From NCBI GenBank assembly GCA_039680575.1, contig JBDKSP010000046.1, positions 1 to 54,263 of the forward strand: a stretch of DNA of 54,263 bases, read 5' to 3'. Under the pieces are notes generated by a model. It did no database searches. It was given only the letters and a program-made list of their open reading frames with translations, and was not told the DNA's origin. The position numbers and the translations under genes are program-made. The number at the start of each line of letters is the position of its first letter. Positions within the stretch are counted from its first letter, which is position 1. Below, one piece after another: positions 28,815 to 38,171 of the stretch. Source of the stretch: Armatimonadota bacterium (GTDB lineage: Bacteria > Armatimonadota > UBA5829 > DTLH01).

Positions 28815-30384
28815 TGACACCTCTGAGACCGGTGGCCGACCGCATATCCGAGACAAGTGGGGTGCGGTGCCACCGCCAGTGCCTACATCGACCGCACGCT
28901 CCATTCGGCCGGATGAGGAATCTGTAAGCTCGCGAGAGACCGTGGCAGATCCGGTCATCCACCATTCCGCTGAACGGGTCTCGCGCAGGTCCAGAGTGAT
29001 CTGCCTGATGGCTGCGGGTCTGTCGCTGGCAGTATCGTTCCTTTCCACGGGCCTCTTGACGGAGGAATTCGCCAGAGCTTACAGTCCGCCTCATCCTGTG
29101 TTCCTGATCGTGCTGTCGCTCTTATGGACAGCTCTGGAGTTCGTCCCGTTGTACGCGTTGGTACGCGGCAATGGCGTTCTCTACGTGAAGTGGACAAAGC
29201 GTATGCTGATGGCCGGGCCTTCGCTCATGGCGCTGGGCAGGTTCGGCCTGGGGTTAACGGCAATCCGAGCCAGTGCGGTTGTCTTGCTGCCTATGGTAAT
29301 GGTCTTGCCAGCGCTCTCCCACCTTTTCGGCAACGAACACACCACATCGGCGCGGCGCTGGTTCTTTTATTTGCTGAGCTTCGGGCTGGGCATACAATTC
29401 GCTTGCGCTCCTTCGGACGGGATAGCGCAAGTCCGAGCAATAGGACTTTCAGTGATGTTGCTTGGGTTCATCGCTCCGCTCCGACCTGCACGTCTACTGT
29501 CCATACTTGACGATGCTGGGCCACGCCGCCTTGCAACGGCGCTCTGGTGGATATCCGGCCTTGTGCTGACAGCTAACGCTGGTGCTAAGTTCGTCACCGG
29601 AAGCGCTACACCCGGGATCAGTGTGGGAGGCGTCGGGATCGCTCCCTATTGGATAGCAGTGTTTCCCATCTTGACAGCGGTCGGGATCGAACTACGAGAA
29701 GGTACGGCCAAGAGACTGGGTATCGGACTTGGACTAATGGTAGTCCTGTATGTCTTTGGTCTGAAGGAGGGCGGCACTGCCCTCATGGTGCTGATAGCGG
29801 CGTTGCTGGTGACAGCCGTACTCGGGAGTGGCAGGCAGGTACTAGTGGGATTGACCTTGGGAACCACTGGCTACCTCTTCCTCAAGACTGGTTGGGCTGC
29901 GAGTGTGGCTGGGGTGTTTTCGGACCGAATCGCGTCCAGGCTGTCGATTTGGCACGGCTTAGCCTTCAACGCACAGCTTGCTTCCTATTATGATGTGGTC
30001 TCCATGTCGGGATGGACCGGGTTCTGCGGAGCGGCCAGGTCGTCGCTACTAATTCCCGCCGCAAGTAAAGACTTCATACTTGGTGCTATCGTAGCTGAAA
30101 CGGGCCTGGTGGGTCTTGTTTGCGCGACCGCGGCGTTGGCCTTCTACCTGCTCGAAATCGGCAGGTCTGTGGCCGCTCAAGATAATGCCTTCCGGCGCGC
30201 TGCCGGGTGTGGTGTCTGGTTGGCACTGTGTGCAAGCTTGCTCGTGAGTTATGCACCAACTCTGGGCTGGCTAATGCCCACAGGATTGCCACTACCCGCG
30301 CTTAGCCGCGGAGCGGCCGTGACTGTGGCGGCATGCCTCGCCTTGATTGTGTTTGAGTGGTTGAACTGGGAGGAATCGAGATGA
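28804..30384 (+). CDS. SEDS-family (FtsW/RodA/SpoVE) peptidoglycan glycosyltransferase
   Basis: Multi-TM protein. KEGGTAL, RLSIW, PAASKDFILGAIVAETGLVG, PTGLPLPALSRG (cf. TDFIFAIIGEELG, TGITLPFISYGG). ATG 28804 follows AAGGAGG. Confidence 0.8.
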   Translation: MSRSDTSETGGRPHIRDKWGAVPPPVPTSTARSIRPDEESVSSRETVADPVIHHSAERVSRRSRVICLMAAGLSLAVSFLSTGLLTEEFARAYSPPHPVFLIVLSLLWTALEFVPLYALVRGNGVLYVKWTKRMLMAGPSLMALGRFGLGLTAIRASAVVLLPMVMVLPALSHLFGNEHTTSARRWFFYLLSFGLGIQFACAPSDGIAQVRAIGLSVMLLGFIAPLRPARLLSILDDAGPRRLATALWWISGLVLTANAGAKFVTGSATPGISVGGVGIAPYWIAVFPILTAVGIELREGTAKRLGIGLGLMVVLYVFGLKEGGTALMVLIAALLVTAVLGSGRQVLVGLTLGTTGYLFLKTGWAASVAGVFSDRIASRLSIWHGLAFNAQLASYYDVVSMSGWTGFCGAARSSLLIPAASKDFILGAIVAETGLVGLVCATAALAFYLLEIGRSVAAQDNAFRRAAGCGVWLALCASLLVSYAPTLGWLMPTGLPLPALSRGAAVTVAACLALIVFEWLNWEESR

Positions 30385-31724
30385 GTTTCAAACTGAGGAT
30401 TCTTGTTGTGCTGAGTGTGCTCTTTACATTCGCGATAGTGGTGCTCGCGGACTTCCACGGGCGGCAAGAGAGTGTTCCTGCATACGAGCCGACACTGCCC
30501 CGAGCTATAGCTGCAACGAGCCCTGCGCTGGTTGACAGAGTACTGGACCGTGACGGCCGAACCATTCTCGCACGAGAGTTCGTGATAAAGGGCGGCGGAC
30601 GTTCTGCGGTTATCAGATACGTCTATGGATCAGCGCTGGGGGCTGCGGGCGTGGGTCGCGACCGGATCGTTGCCGGTATGATCCGCCATTTGCGAGCACC
30701 AGGTATAGATGCGCCTTGGTCAACACCAGAGCTGGGCGGGTGGTATCGCAGGTTGTTGGGTGACGGAGGTCTATGCCCCCGACCGCTACCCCATGAACTG
30801 GTTTGTTCCCTGGACTCCACCTTATGCGTTCGGGTGTACGAACTGCTGAAGCGAGAAGGCAGACAAGGGTCTGTGGTGGTTTTGGACCGTGAAGGACAGG
30901 TGCTCGCTCTGGTCGATGCCCCAGGTCCGGATGTCGAAGAATCAGACAGACTGCCTGACTCTCAGCACAGCCTGAACGTCTTCCTGTCCTGGCCGCCAGC
31001 ATCAACTTTCAAACCAATCGTGGCGGCCTACATGCTTGAGTACGGCCGTGGAGACAAGGATGCTGCTGTCGTCTGTAAGGGTGGCGGCGAATGCTGGGCG
31101 AAACATGGACATGGCGTGACCCGGGGGCTGCGGCAGGCCTTGGTACATAGCTGTAATCCTTGGTTCCGGCAGCAGGCGAATTCTTTCCCGAGCGGGCACT
31201 TCCTGGCGTTCTTGAGTGATATCGGCTTCTTTCAGGAACCGTCGCTGGGTATCCCTGCGATACCGGCTGTTACCCCCGCGCGTGGCGGCAACACCGTCGA
31301 TCCGGAGATGGCGATTGGAATGCAAATACTGGCATCACCGCTGTCGTTAGCCTGCGCGTATGGAACAATCTCCGATCCCCAAGGCCGTCGCTTTGCTCCG
31401 CGACTGTTGGTCAGAGCAGACGGGAATCCGCTGCCAGCTCCTGAGAGGCCCCAAGTTCTGCGCCCAAATGTCACGGCTATCGTAAGGGAGCATCTAAAGG
31501 CAGTGGCAAGCATTGGCACAGCGTCAAGACTCGGAAGGCTCCTCAGTGGGAACGTGGGCGCTAAGACTGGCACCGCCAACGGCGCGGCACTACTGGCGGT
31601 GGTGACACCGATAGACTCTCCGAAGTTCATTGTCGTGATACGAATAAAGGGTGCTGAAAGCGGAGCGAGCCTGTGCGATCTTGCAGCTAAAATTGTCAGA
31701 ATGACCGGGCAGGAAACGAGGTAA
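30381..31724 (+). CDS. Class B penicillin-binding protein (transpeptidase), PbpA-like
   Basis: N-terminal TM, VLDRDG, SxxK (PASTFKP), SxN (SCN), KTG (KTGTA). ATGA overlap with the SEDS gene. Confidence 0.9.
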   Translation: MSFKLRILVVLSVLFTFAIVVLADFHGRQESVPAYEPTLPRAIAATSPALVDRVLDRDGRTILAREFVIKGGGRSAVIRYVYGSALGAAGVGRDRIVAGMIRHLRAPGIDAPWSTPELGGWYRRLLGDGGLCPRPLPHELVCSLDSTLCVRVYELLKREGRQGSVVVLDREGQVLALVDAPGPDVEESDRLPDSQHSLNVFLSWPPASTFKPIVAAYMLEYGRGDKDAAVVCKGGGECWAKHGHGVTRGLRQALVHSCNPWFRQQANSFPSGHFLAFLSDIGFFQEPSLGIPAIPAVTPARGGNTVDPEMAIGMQILASPLSLACAYGTISDPQGRRFAPRLLVRADGNPLPAPERPQVLRPNVTAIVREHLKAVASIGTASRLGRLLSGNVGAKTGTANGAALLAVVTPIDSPKFIVVIRIKGAESGASLCDLAAKIVRMTGQETR

Positions 31725-31823
31725 TGCTGCTGATCCCAGGAATGGAGCATCCTATGCTACGGACAAAGCGCAAGCAATGCAGATGACCTCACACTGGTTG
31801 CACATAGCTGACCAATCTCGGCG

Positions 31824-32930
31824 CTATTCTATTCGACCCAATGTAGACATTGAGCGCAAATCAACGAGCACGTTGTTAAGACAACCGTTCAGCGTACCAG
31901 TTAGATCAGGTGCGCCCCACTGCCACCCTACGAAGTAAGTGTCGTTACGAAGAGCGGACGTGGGATCACAGAAATCCATGGAACGCAGAATAAATGGGTG
32001 GCTGGGTTCCTCGTTGATATTACGGCCATTGCTGTCGTAACACGGGGACGTAAAGCTGTTCCGAGGTACATATATAGAGATCTGGCCACTCATTCCGTCG
32101 TGGTCTTTTCGCTGAATCCGGAAACAGCGGACTGAAGAGAACGGGCCGACTTCTCCGTACGCATGCTTGCTCTTAAGCTTCAAGGTGCTTTCGCGCAATT
32201 GACCCATCCAGTCTCCAACGACAGTGAGCATTCGCTCTCCATTGTCCTCAGTAATGTCAGGTTCATAGAAGGCCTGAATTGTGAAACCATTGCTCGCACG
32301 CTCTCGCTCTGCCTGCAGTTGCCGTGAGAAGAGGAAAGGCGATTGAAAGCCGTAGGGAAAAGCCGTCAACTCGTCGGTATCCGCAGTTGTTGGACTGCTA
32401 CTCAAGTCGACGGCGGAAACACAATAGGCATCAGGGCTGCCGTTGACATCGTGTACATTGCGTGGCTGCGGCCACAGTAAACGCATGTTTGAAGTATTCA
32501 AGCTCTCAAGCCCTGTATGGACGTCGTCGATGATCTCTGCCATTTCCGCCTTGTCGCATCCATCTGCGCCAATACATACCATCTGAACGTGCCCCACATT
32601 CTCGACCTGAACGCGTCCGAGAGTATCATATCTACAATGTGATCGGGCAGCTCTAGCGAAGACCCCGTTGTGCGCTAGGGCACGCACCAAGAGTTCCTGG
32701 GACATAACGTCCGAAGCCATTCCGATAAACACAGCTTTCAGTGTATCGATGGTCAACTCTGACGTGGTATCCAGCAACAACGGAAGGAAGGCTGAGGAGC
32801 ACCAAGTTGCGACAGACAGGTCCTCATACATTGGTCGCTCTGACCACGCGCTGGCATCTTCTCGGTTACTCATATCTAGTTTGACCTCCAGATTCACGGT
32901 ATTCAGGATTACGTAGGCTGGTACTCGCAC
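31824..32930 (-). CDS. Hypothetical protein (alternative start ATG 32873)
   Basis: Long open frame that is co-directional with the upstream operon. No motif recognised. Confidence 0.6.
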   Translation of the reverse strand: MRVPAYVILNTVNLEVKLDMSNREDASAWSERPMYEDLSVATWCSSAFLPLLLDTTSELTIDTLKAVFIGMASDVMSQELLVRALAHNGVFARAARSHCRYDTLGRVQVENVGHVQMVCIGADGCDKAEMAEIIDDVHTGLESLNTSNMRLLWPQPRNVHDVNGSPDAYCVSAVDLSSSPTTADTDELTAFPYGFQSPFLFSRQLQAERERASNGFTIQAFYEPDITEDNGERMLTVVGDWMGQLRESTLKLKSKHAYGEVGPFSSVRCFRIQRKDHDGMSGQISIYVPRNSFTSPCYDSNGRNINEEPSHPFILRSMDFCDPTSALRNDTYFVGWQWGAPDLTGTLNGCLNNVLVDLRSMSTLGRIE

Positions 32931-32997
32931 TCTGACAGGAAGCGAAGCAGTTCAGCTTCTCCGTATCAGATGGCCAGTAGAACACGTCAGAGCACGC

Positions 32998-33591
32998 CTA
33001 CACTCCACCGTTTGCGTTTACCATACTGTCAACACTGTCCGCAGTGAGACGGAATCGCCAGGGCTGCAGATAGGGTTCTGTCTCGCAGAATACTTGAGCA
33101 AGTGGTCGCTGCTCCAGCATACAACGCATTACGCGGATCACTCCGTTATGGGAAACCACCGCAACGTTGACATCCTCCTCCAAGTTCATCACAGTGAACA
33201 GAAACGTGCGAATCCGGTCCACGAAAAGGCTGAAAGTCTCACCACTAGGGGGCGTAAAGTACGGATCCAAGCGGCCAGCCTTGTTGAATGCGTCTGGAAA
33301 CTGGATTCGCAAGTCTTTCTTTGACTGTCCAGACCACGACCCTAGATCTCGCTCTGCTAGGCCTGCGTCCAGTATAACTGGCTGGTCTGGGAAGATGAGT
33401 TGCGCCGTCGCCTTGGCTCGTGCCAGTGGAGAGCAGAATCGGTATTCAAACCGGTCTCCGCTCAGCATTTGTCCGAGTTCCTCGGCTGCGCGCAACCCAT
33501 CCTCAGTGCTGGGTATATCCATAGAGCCCATGAATATCTCACGTCGGTTGGACTCCGTCGGCGCGTGTCGAATTACTGTTATGTACGGCAT
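32998..33591 (-). CDS. Histidine phosphatase (phosphoglycerate mutase-like) family protein
   Basis: RHAPT, SPLARAKATA, ERDLGSWSG, GET, VSHNG. Confidence 0.9.
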   Translation of the reverse strand: MPYITVIRHAPTESNRREIFMGSMDIPSTEDGLRAAEELGQMLSGDRFEYRFCSPLARAKATAQLIFPDQPVILDAGLAERDLGSWSGQSKKDLRIQFPDAFNKAGRLDPYFTPPSGETFSLFVDRIRTFLFTVMNLEEDVNVAVVSHNGVIRVMRCMLEQRPLAQVFCETEPYLQPWRFRLTADSVDSMVNANGGV

Positions 33592-33639
33592 TCTGATACT
33601 AATGATTACTCCGATCCAGGTGGAAGACTAGTGCGTTGT

Positions 33640-34575
33640 TCATTCCGCGAACACACTTCTCAAGGCGCGGTTGATATCCTCAAGCGCCTCTCGCCCCTTG
33701 TCCAGAACACGGAACTGGATCACGTATCCGTGCATCATTCCCTCGTAGCGTTTCATCTGGACGGGAACACCTGATTCCTGAAGGCGCTTAGCATACATCT
33801 CCCCCTCGTCTCTCAGTGGGTCGAACTCACCGGTCAACACAAAAGCTGGCGGGAGACCGCTGAGATCGGCGGCTCTAAGTGGGCATATGTATGGATTGTT
33901 GATATCGGGATCACTGGGCAGGTAGTTGTTCCAGAACCAGATCATAAAGTCTCGATTCAACGAATACCCCTTCGCGTTCTCTTCGTATGATGGCGTCCCA
34001 GGAATGTAGTAATCTGTGACTGGATATATCAGCACTTGGTAAACCAAACTGGGACCTCCTCGGTCACGAGCCAGCATCGCGACTGCTGCCGCTTGGGTTC
34101 CCCCTGAACTATCACCCCCGACAGCCACTCGATTCGGATCTCCGTTAATCGCCCGCGCATTATTCACCACCCACTGGGTCGCCATATAGGAATCATCGAT
34201 AGCCGCAGGGAATTTGTGTTCAGGCGCAAGTCGGTAGTCTACCGAAACGACTATACACCCACCGCCATTTGTGATACTTCGGCATATGCCATCGTGTGTG
34301 TCTAGATTGTTAAGAGTCCATCCACCTCCGTGAAAGAATACGAGAATGGGGAATGGACCTTCTCCAGCAGGAGTGTAGATGCGCAGTCCGATGTCTCCGC
34401 AAGGTCCGGGTATTGCACTATCAGTTACGTTCGCTACGGGCTCGGGTTCCGCGCCTGTTACAAACGCTGCAATCATTCTCTTCCTGGCTTCCTCCACCGG
34501 TAGTGTGTAGACTGGGGGAAGTCCAGCGGCTTTTGCCGCATCCAGTAGTTTTTGAGCTTGTGGATCAAGTGACAT
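33640..34575 (-). CDS. Alpha/beta hydrolase, HSL-family esterase/lipase
   Basis: HGGGW oxyanion loop, DYRLAPEH, GDSSGG nucleophile, FDPLRD, MHGY. Start moved to ATG 34575 (MSLDPQ) after GAGGAG. Confidence 0.9.
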   Translation of the reverse strand: MSLDPQAQKLLDAAKAAGLPPVYTLPVEEARKRMIAAFVTGAEPEPVANVTDSAIPGPCGDIGLRIYTPAGEGPFPILVFFHGGGWTLNNLDTHDGICRSITNGGGCIVVSVDYRLAPEHKFPAAIDDSYMATQWVVNNARAINGDPNRVAVGGDSSGGTQAAAVAMLARDRGGPSLVYQVLIYPVTDYYIPGTPSYEENAKGYSLNRDFMIWFWNNYLPSDPDINNPYICPLRAADLSGLPPAFVLTGEFDPLRDEGEMYAKRLQESGVPVQMKRYEGMMHGYVIQFRVLDKGREALEDINRALRSVFAE

Positions 34576-34603
34576 TCTGTTCTCCTCTTCGTGTAGTAGT
34601 ATG

Positions 34604-35743
34604 TCAGCTTCGTCCGGTGCACCCCGAAGTCTGAACATTGGGTGCTAGGCCGTCGTAGCTATAGACTGGTTGCAGCCTACCAATGACCTCGCCAGGGCAG
34701 CGTTCAAGTATGGCGTGCAACAAGCCATCCAATATATCTCTGGTAGCTCCATAACCCCTTACAGTCAGTTGGGGCATATTTCGCAGACTGTCACCTACCC
34801 GGTATTCGTGCCCGTTTATCGATACGGAGCCCGGACCCTGGTCCAAAGTGAGATACGATGGTACCTCAACACCAAGACCGTGAGGGGACAAGACCAGCTC
34901 TTTGGAGCCGACAACGGCATGATTGTCAAGAGCCGGACGTGGTTTCACAAAGAATAGATCCTGCTGAGGGGCCGTCAGTAGCAGATAAGGTTGTGATTTC
35001 CACTGACAACCTATTGCCACAGAACTGGCCGTCGGCATGCCGTAGTGCATTACGTTCAGCACTTCCTCAACGATCTGATTGCCTCCGGCGATTAGATCTG
35101 CAAAATACCGGAGTCTATTCCTACCCTCGACTTGCAGACGCCGCGCTTCCTGAAAGAAACGGTCAGCTGTCGAGCCGCATATGTAGCGAAGATAGCGCCC
35201 GGATGTGTCCAGTTCAATGTGGATATCACCTGCATACCAGTTGGACTCGGTCGGGTACAGTCCGTGGTACTGGTGCTTGCTCTCCCTGCCAGAAGCATGT
35301 AGAACCAAGTAGGCACCATCTGGAACAATATCAGAGCCACTTACCACACCGTACGTCACGAAGTGGTTCCCTTCTCCAAAATTCCACTGGTACACGCCCT
35401 CCCGGTCTGCTCTGTCTCTTCCTTGTTCGATCATTTCCTGGAAGCGTCGGGGGTCCTCAATGCAGCTGGTGAGTCTGAAGACAGCGACACCACAGCTGTT
35501 GACGGTGGCATCGACGGGAACAAACGGCACACTGGTCTGCCAACTGTAAAGTGCCCCAGTGAAGAAACCACCGGCGATCCGCACGGTGTTGTAAGGCAAG
35601 CCAAGATCCGGCATCGCCCATATCTGAGACCCTTGTTCAACTCCGGACAGCTTGCTCGCTACAGTGGCAAGCATTCTTTCCGTCACTGCTAGATGGCGAA
35701 GAATCTCCATCTGGGTAGGGTCATTGAGCGTCAAGTTGCGCAT
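34604..35743 (-). CDS. Divergent RtcB-family protein (RNA 3'-P/5'-OH ligase fold)
   Basis: Ordered motifs MPD, VDATVNSCGV, GEGNHF, LHASG, MHYG, SPHGLG parallel RtcB MPD, DxxCG, GNHF, HxGS, HN, HGAG. Confidence 0.65.
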   Translation of the reverse strand: MRNLTLNDPTQMEILRHLAVTERMLATVASKLSGVEQGSQIWAMPDLGLPYNTVRIAGGFFTGALYSWQTSVPFVPVDATVNSCGVAVFRLTSCIEDPRRFQEMIEQGRDRADREGVYQWNFGEGNHFVTYGVVSGSDIVPDGAYLVLHASGRESKHQYHGLYPTESNWYAGDIHIELDTSGRYLRYICGSTADRFFQEARRLQVEGRNRLRYFADLIAGGNQIVEEVLNVMHYGMPTASSVAIGCQWKSQPYLLLTAPQQDLFFVKPRPALDNHAVVGSKELVLSPHGLGVEVPSYLTLDQGPGSVSINGHEYRVGDSLRNMPQLTVRGYGATRDILDGLLHAILERCPGEVIGRLQPVYSYDGLAPNVQTSGCTGRS

Positions 35744-35764
35744 ATTGCTCCTCGTTTCCGACAG

Positions 35765-38071
35765 CTAAAGCGATGTCGACAGATCCGCCATTCTGTTCTG
35801 AGCTGCTTGCAGCCTTGAGCTGCATCCTAGCCTCTCAAACAAGTTAATGGCGGTTGCAAGTAACTCTGCCGCTGCAGCGCGATTGCCCCGTATTTCGTGC
35901 AAGCGCGATTCCTGCTCGCATATCTCGGCTTGTTGCATCGGTTCGCGAATCAGTGCCTCTTCATTACGGGCTTTGGCGAGCAGCGCCTCAGCAGCAACGT
36001 CATCTCCACTATCGAGCGCAATGACGGCCAGCTTCACCATCGCCGCGAGCGTGCCTCTGGTGAATCCGTGCCTTTGGGCGTCATCAAGAAGCTCCTCAAA
36101 CAGACTTCGGGCTTGGTCAAGTTGTCCCATCTGATAGAGACATAAAGCGGACCAACGTCGATTTGCATTCAGTACTTCATGCGGCAAGCCATCGGCCATG
36201 GATAGGTTCTTGTCCCAAAGCGCTTTTGCTTCATCAAGCCTGCCTGCGGCCAGATAGTACAGCGCACGGGCGTGCTGGTAATCGATCATCTGTGTTGGGG
36301 AGATGCACTCGTGCGTCGATAGTGTTTCGATCCTATCCAGGTGCTTCCCTACTTCGTCAAGGTCACCTTGCTTGCTTGCAACATTAATATGATAGACCAG
36401 TGCATCAAATTCTTCTGAAATGTCTTCGAGCATATGAGCAGCCTGTGCTCGCAAGAGGCTTGGCGAAGTCTTGCTTGACCAGTTGCCCCTAACATAGTAG
36501 AAGTACCTCACACCTTTGGCGATGCGGATCACATTGGTGTAATGCTGAGCATCGAACGCCCACGCAAGAACCGCCTCAACGGCATCGCGCTCGCCTTCAA
36601 CGTCCAAAATGCGCAGACGAGCAATATCATTCCAGCAGAACCCGATGCCACTGGCCAGGTCTGAGTACCACCCAATCATCCTGTCGCGAGCTTGGGACTG
36701 AAAACTCGTACTATCATTCTTCAGCTGGCTGTGAGCGAAGCCACGGACAAGTGGGTGCTGTGAGTAACGGATGCAATGCCCGGTATCACTTGTCTGCTCA
36801 AGGTCGAGGAGCTTAAGATCGAGCAACTGCTCGACGGCTTCGTCTAGCTTCGATCCTTTGGCAGGAAAACCGTAGTCATCAATTCCGGGCACCCCCGCGG
36901 CTGCAGAAAGCGCTGATGGACACGCACTCTTGGGGAACATCGACATCGACATCACAACGTGCTTCTGCTCCTCCCAAAGCATATTCCAAGCTCGCTTGAA
37001 CAGATGGTCGATCAAGTCCTCGAAAACCGAACCTTGCGCCTCTGAGAGCTCGCGAATCACTTCTGGCACTGGTCGATGTTCGTACTTTATGCAGCCCAGT
37101 GCAGCCTGTATGGCAAATGGGTTACCGCCGGTAACTTCGCACAGCGAACTAAGCTCGGGACACGTCTCGAGCGTGATGCCCATCTTTAAGTGTCTCAGTC
37201 GCTCTGCGACAAACTCGTCAGATTCAGTCTTAGTAAGACCCTCGAGCTCTATGACCCATGCCTTCTCTCTGATATCTCGGTTTAGGTTGACCCTGCTCGT
37301 GATAATCGCTTTGCTTGTCTCTGGAAGGTAGTTCAAAATCCACGTGGCCACACCCGAATCCGTAATAGTCTCATAATTGTCAACTACCAATAGCACGCGA
37401 TTTTCCCGCAATAGACGTTCGACGGCACGCCCCTTCTCATCTACAGGCAGCTTCACATAGCCCTCGTAGTCCATTGTTCTGGCGATGGTATCGAAGACCG
37501 TCTCAAGCTGTGTGGTACCTTCTTTGAACTCGTCACTTACCCACACTACAGCATCATAGGCTCTTTGACCTGCAGCACCGTCTATGCTGGCCTTCGCGTA
37601 CTCTCGAACGAGACTTGTCTTTCCCATACCACCAAAGCTGCGCACCAGTACAGCTGGAAGCGACTGCTCGATTCCTTCTCTCAGATCAACGAAAGCCTGT
37701 GGACGCGGTATGAACCGGCTGTACTTCGATGCGGGTAGATTGTTATAGACCCTCTTCAGATCAGGAGAAGCCGAGGCTTCGCCGAACAGCTCATCCAGTA
37801 ATTGCTTGATGGCAGGATACCTTGCGGACTCCAGGAACGCCCTTGCCCAGTCGGAGCCAAGCAAGCCTCTCTTGACGCACTGTTTCGCGAGAAACGCTAT
37901 CGTCTCAATCTCCGGGGGGAGATGCCCGGACTTATAGCGCTGTACAGCGTGCCCAGAGAGACAAAGAGTGTCTCCGAAGTCGTCCTCTATGATGGTGGCG
38001 ACCTTACCCTCGATGTTGGCAATACTGCCGATCCCAGCTTTCAGTAGCCTTCCAAAGGTTGGGTTCTTCAT
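35765..38071 (-). CDS. STAND NTPase: N-terminal HTH-like domain + NB-ARC + TPR
   Basis: N-terminal FGRLLK...LCLSGHAVQRYKSGHLPP (XRE-like HTH). NNLP, Walker A FGGMGKT, Walker B LLVVDNYE, IITSR, GGNPFAI, HPLVR. C-terminal TPRs. Confidence 0.85.
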   Translation of the reverse strand: MKNPTFGRLLKAGIGSIANIEGKVATIIEDDFGDTLCLSGHAVQRYKSGHLPPEIETIAFLAKQCVKRGLLGSDWARAFLESARYPAIKQLLDELFGEASASPDLKRVYNNLPASKYSRFIPRPQAFVDLREGIEQSLPAVLVRSFGGMGKTSLVREYAKASIDGAAGQRAYDAVVWVSDEFKEGTTQLETVFDTIARTMDYEGYVKLPVDEKGRAVERLLRENRVLLVVDNYETITDSGVATWILNYLPETSKAIITSRVNLNRDIREKAWVIELEGLTKTESDEFVAERLRHLKMGITLETCPELSSLCEVTGGNPFAIQAALGCIKYEHRPVPEVIRELSEAQGSVFEDLIDHLFKRAWNMLWEEQKHVVMSMSMFPKSACPSALSAAAGVPGIDDYGFPAKGSKLDEAVEQLLDLKLLDLEQTSDTGHCIRYSQHPLVRGFAHSQLKNDSTSFQSQARDRMIGWYSDLASGIGFCWNDIARLRILDVEGERDAVEAVLAWAFDAQHYTNVIRIAKGVRYFYYVRGNWSSKTSPSLLRAQAAHMLEDISEEFDALVYHINVASKQGDLDEVGKHLDRIETLSTHECISPTQMIDYQHARALYYLAAGRLDEAKALWDKNLSMADGLPHEVLNANRRWSALCLYQMGQLDQARSLFEELLDDAQRHGFTRGTLAAMVKLAVIALDSGDDVAAEALLAKARNEEALIREPMQQAEICEQESRLHEIRGNRAAAAELLATAINLFERLGCSSRLQAAQNRMADLSTSL

Positions 38072-38101
38072 ACCTGCATTCTAACCTCTCCAGTCGATTA
38101 T

Positions 38102-38156
38102 GTGTCGGAATCCTGCTACGAAACTTCGGACAGCAGTAATGACGAGCTTTCGTAGT
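38102..38156. promoter_or_regulatory. Inverted repeat / motif cluster upstream of the HTH-NB-ARC-TPR gene
   Basis: CTACGAAA (38116-38123) N24 TTTCGTAG (38148-38155) in the 100-bp intergenic gap. It shares words with the 22.6-22.9 kb repeat. Confidence 0.5.
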
Positions 38157-38171
38157 ACGGTTCTGCCGTTG

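Noticed and set aside
35757..35766. 10-bp match (TCCGACAGCT) to the end of repeat unit 2 in the STAND-RtcB gap; likewise GCTACGGA near 31756
   Set aside because: Isolated 8-10-mer matches are expected by chance in 54 kb.
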